This document shows, piece by piece, positions 61,538 to 64,000 of a stretch of 64,000 bases of DNA. The translations under genes and the position numbers were made by a program. Under the pieces are notes generated by a model that was not told the origin of the DNA, did not search any database, and saw only the letters and a list, made by a program, of their open reading frames with translations. This DNA comes from Promethearchaeota archaeon (lineage in GTDB: Archaea; Asgardarchaeota; Lokiarchaeia; Sigyniarchaeales; SOKP01), in contig JBHLOY010000001.1 in NCBI GenBank assembly GCA_048939995.1, forward strand, positions 128,001 through 192,000, in the 5' to 3' direction. Within the stretch, counting starts at the first letter, position 1. Each line of letters begins with the position of its first letter.

Positions 61538-61770
61538 TCGATATAACCCTCTTATAATTTAATTATAAATATGAATTTGAATCTTTTTCTGAAAAAAATA
61601 AGAAAATATCATAGAAGATAACATCCTCTTAATATTGTAATAAATATGGTTCTTAAGAAATAGTTTAATGAACCCAGCACTGTAAGATAAAAAAGTATGC
61701 AAATATTAAAAATTTTACGTTTTAGGCATTATTTTAATGCATTTTTTAAAAAAAATTAAAAAAAGTAAGT

Positions 61771-62265
61771 TCATTTCATCCCAAACCATGGGCCACTGTC
61801 TAAATCTTCAAGGAAATATTTCTTGTCTTCCTTTTTCTTGATTTCTTCTCCTGCCTTAAGAGCTAATTCATGATATTTTTCAAAATCTTTTTTATTTTTT
61901 AATAAAGCTGATGCTCTAGCCATAGCCTCATAAGCAAAAGCTAAATCAAAATCATCAATATCATTCTCTTCTGTTAGCTTTAAACATTGTTTTGCATGAT
62001 ATAACGCAGGTTCACCTCTTCCTAAAATTGAATAGACACGAGAAATTATCCATTCTCCTCTCTGAAGATTAATTGGTCCACCTTTTCCTTTAGATACTAA
62101 AATACCCCAATGATATCTTGATGTATGAGCCGTATGAACCATATTCACATTATCCTCATCAGTTCTATCTTTTTTATCAAGATAATCCCAAGTTTTATTG
62201 AAAGTGCCTTTTGCGATTTTCTCATGGACTTCAATATTTACTAATTCTGACATTTTGCAAATCAC
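61771..62265 (-). CDS. Conserved hypothetical TPR-like helical protein
   Basis: FNKTWDYL, AHTSRYHW, RGEWIISRVYS, AFAYEAMARA. Confidence 0.75.
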   Translation of the reverse strand: MICKMSELVNIEVHEKIAKGTFNKTWDYLDKKDRTDEDNVNMVHTAHTSRYHWGILVSKGKGGPINLQRGEWIISRVYSILGRGEPALYHAKQCLKLTEENDIDDFDLAFAYEAMARASALLKNKKDFEKYHELALKAGEEIKKKEDKKYFLEDLDSGPWFGMK

Positions 62266-62444
62266 ACCATTAAATAATTAATAATAATTATTTTTTTGAG
62301 TACTTTAATCAATTCCTTTTGAAATATCAATTATTTCTTTTCTAAGATTGATATAGTAATCCTGGGACATGACTTATTTTATAAATTATAAATAAGGAAG
62401 TATAATCCCATTTCAACTAAATTCCAAACATATTTGAAGATGAT

Positions 62445-63431
62445 TTATTTTAAAAATTTTTTAGGTATCTCTATAGAGAACGTACACTCCAAGGCACCCT
62501 TTAAAGCAGTTTTAACAGGTTCAACCTTTACAGGTTGTTCGAAAATTTGGTCCCAGTAGAGTTTATACCAACCAGCACTACAGTGACAGAAATTTTTGGT
62601 GAGATGATCCTCGGTTCCATTCTTAAATGCTCCCCGAATCCAAGGGCAGTAACATAGAAAAAATTTTTTCATTTTTTCATCTTTTGTATTTAAATAATTG
62701 CTTGTTTGATAAGGGAGTTTACTTACGTATATCTTATTTCCTTCTCTTACACCTTGACTTAATTTTTGATTGTTTTTTACAAACTCTAGAACATCATCAT
62801 CAATATACTGAGCGAACTCTAAAGTACCTGCCTCTTTATGTTCTTCTAGCCTTGCAATTAAATCTCCGTGTTTCTTTAAAAGAAAACCATCAATCCCTAA
62901 TTCCTTAAGAGCTTTTTTATCTCCCTCAATATCATCTGGAGGGCGTCCATGAAGACAAGGTGAGAGAAGCTTAATTGTGTTATCCTCTCCAAGTTTATCC
63001 TCCACTCTTTTCAAAATTTCTTTAGTAAAATCCGGTTTATTTTCAGGATGAGTTCCTAATGGGGGGATTACTAAATCTTTAAAAATTTCATCTCTTATCT
63101 GCTCACCATAAAATTCAGCTATTCTTGAATAAAGCGTATCCATTGCATTATAAGATTCAACAATATCTATAGCTTCTGTTATAAAATCGTAATTTTTAGA
63201 ATAGTTAGCATAAGTTATAATTGCTTTAAGAAAATCTATAACAGCATCTTTATCAGTAGAAACTAAATGCTCAGTATATTCAACTAATTTATTAGGTTTG
63301 ACTTTCTCAAGTGTTAGATTTAAATTATTAAGATATTTTTCATAATCCTTTATTCTAGCTAGATAATTTTTTATTGTAGTTCTATTAACCTTATTTTTCT
63401 CTAAAAATTCGAGAAAATCAGTCTCATTCAT
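62445..63431 (-). CDS. Hypothetical protein: integrase SAM-like N-terminus + Cys-rich V4R/DUF6144-like domain
   Basis: FLEFL....TIKNY; CYCPW...FCHCSAGW....W...F...V.V......G...C.F.I. Confidence 0.65.
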   Translation of the reverse strand: MNETDFLEFLEKNKVNRTTIKNYLARIKDYEKYLNNLNLTLEKVKPNKLVEYTEHLVSTDKDAVIDFLKAIITYANYSKNYDFITEAIDIVESYNAMDTLYSRIAEFYGEQIRDEIFKDLVIPPLGTHPENKPDFTKEILKRVEDKLGEDNTIKLLSPCLHGRPPDDIEGDKKALKELGIDGFLLKKHGDLIARLEEHKEAGTLEFAQYIDDDVLEFVKNNQKLSQGVREGNKIYVSKLPYQTSNYLNTKDEKMKKFFLCYCPWIRGAFKNGTEDHLTKNFCHCSAGWYKLYWDQIFEQPVKVEPVKTALKGALECTFSIEIPKKFLK

Positions 63432-63545
63432 TCTATTCCTTATTTTTAGTTTTTTATAATATATTTTATATTTTAAAGAAAATTTTTAAGGATTATGAGT
63501 AGAAAATTAAGATTTAACTTATCTTGAGAAAATTTTTTTTGAAAA

Positions 63546-64000
63546 ATGAAATTAAATAGAATCTTTGAGAATAAATTTGTACTTTTTTGTGTTCAGTTCT
63601 TAATTTTAAGCTTAATCTTATTCCTTTTTAGATATAATTTTAATATAAGCTTCGATTCTGTTACTTTTGATATACATCGGCAAATTATCCAATTTTTAGC
63701 AAATTATATAATGTATGATAATTGGTCAAGTTTATTATTAATTTATATTATATGGATTTTAGTTTCCTTAATCCCAATTTTCATTTATAGGAATTTTAGG
63801 AAAGTTTATTCGATAAATTTGTTAACTTTCTTCTTACCAAACTTTTTCTTTTATGTTTTTTTGAGTAGATACTCCCCCAACTACTTTAACTTAGAACTTT
63901 TTAATCTTATGACAAAAACTATTGTTTTATGCATTGTTATTGTCATTTTTTCAATTGGAGCGTCTTTACTTGTAGCAAAATTATTCAAGGAAGATTATGC
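63546..64000 (+). CDS. Membrane protein, partial (runs off window edge)
   Basis: Not in track. ATG 63546 MKLNRIFENKFVLFCVQFLILSLILFLF... is open to 64000 with about 4 hydrophobic segments. Confidence 0.75.
   Translation, partial: MKLNRIFENKFVLFCVQFLILSLILFLFRYNFNISFDSVTFDIHRQIIQFLANYIMYDNWSSLLLIYIIWILVSLIPIFIYRNFRKVYSINLLTFFLPNFFFYVFLSRYSPNYFNLELFNLMTKTIVLCIVIVIFSIGASLLVAKLFKEDY

Overview
AT-rich archaeal chromosome segment, most consistent with an Asgard archaeon (Lokiarchaeia-like). This is inferred from several Rab/Arf-like small GTPases, a longin-like protein and a long AglB alongside archaeal information-processing genes. The window is mostly housekeeping: EF-2 family, aIF5B, EF-1alpha, aIF2alpha, rpoA1/A2/L, TFS, PCNA-priL-priS-GINS, RFC, ribosomal proteins, csl4, nop10, cca, taw1, truA, uvrAB, eno, pyrB. 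The main discovery is a 33-nt insertion (39313-39345, minus strand) that splits the P-loop Lys codon of the EF-1alpha gene. It carries in-frame stops and folds into a bulge-helix-bulge (BHB) motif whose predicted cleavage sites restore GHIDHG-K-ST exactly, making it a candidate tRNA-endonuclease-spliced mRNA intron in an essential gene. A decayed free-standing LAGLIDADG endonuclease gene lies immediately upstream in a small degenerate island. Other points: a >1198-aa pseudo-GTPase/alpha-solenoid ORF missed by the ORF track, three genes apparently lacking canonical start codons, an HTH-ATP-cone-degenerate NrdD protein, and a wHTH insertion in Taw1. No tRNA, rRNA or CRISPR array was recognised.
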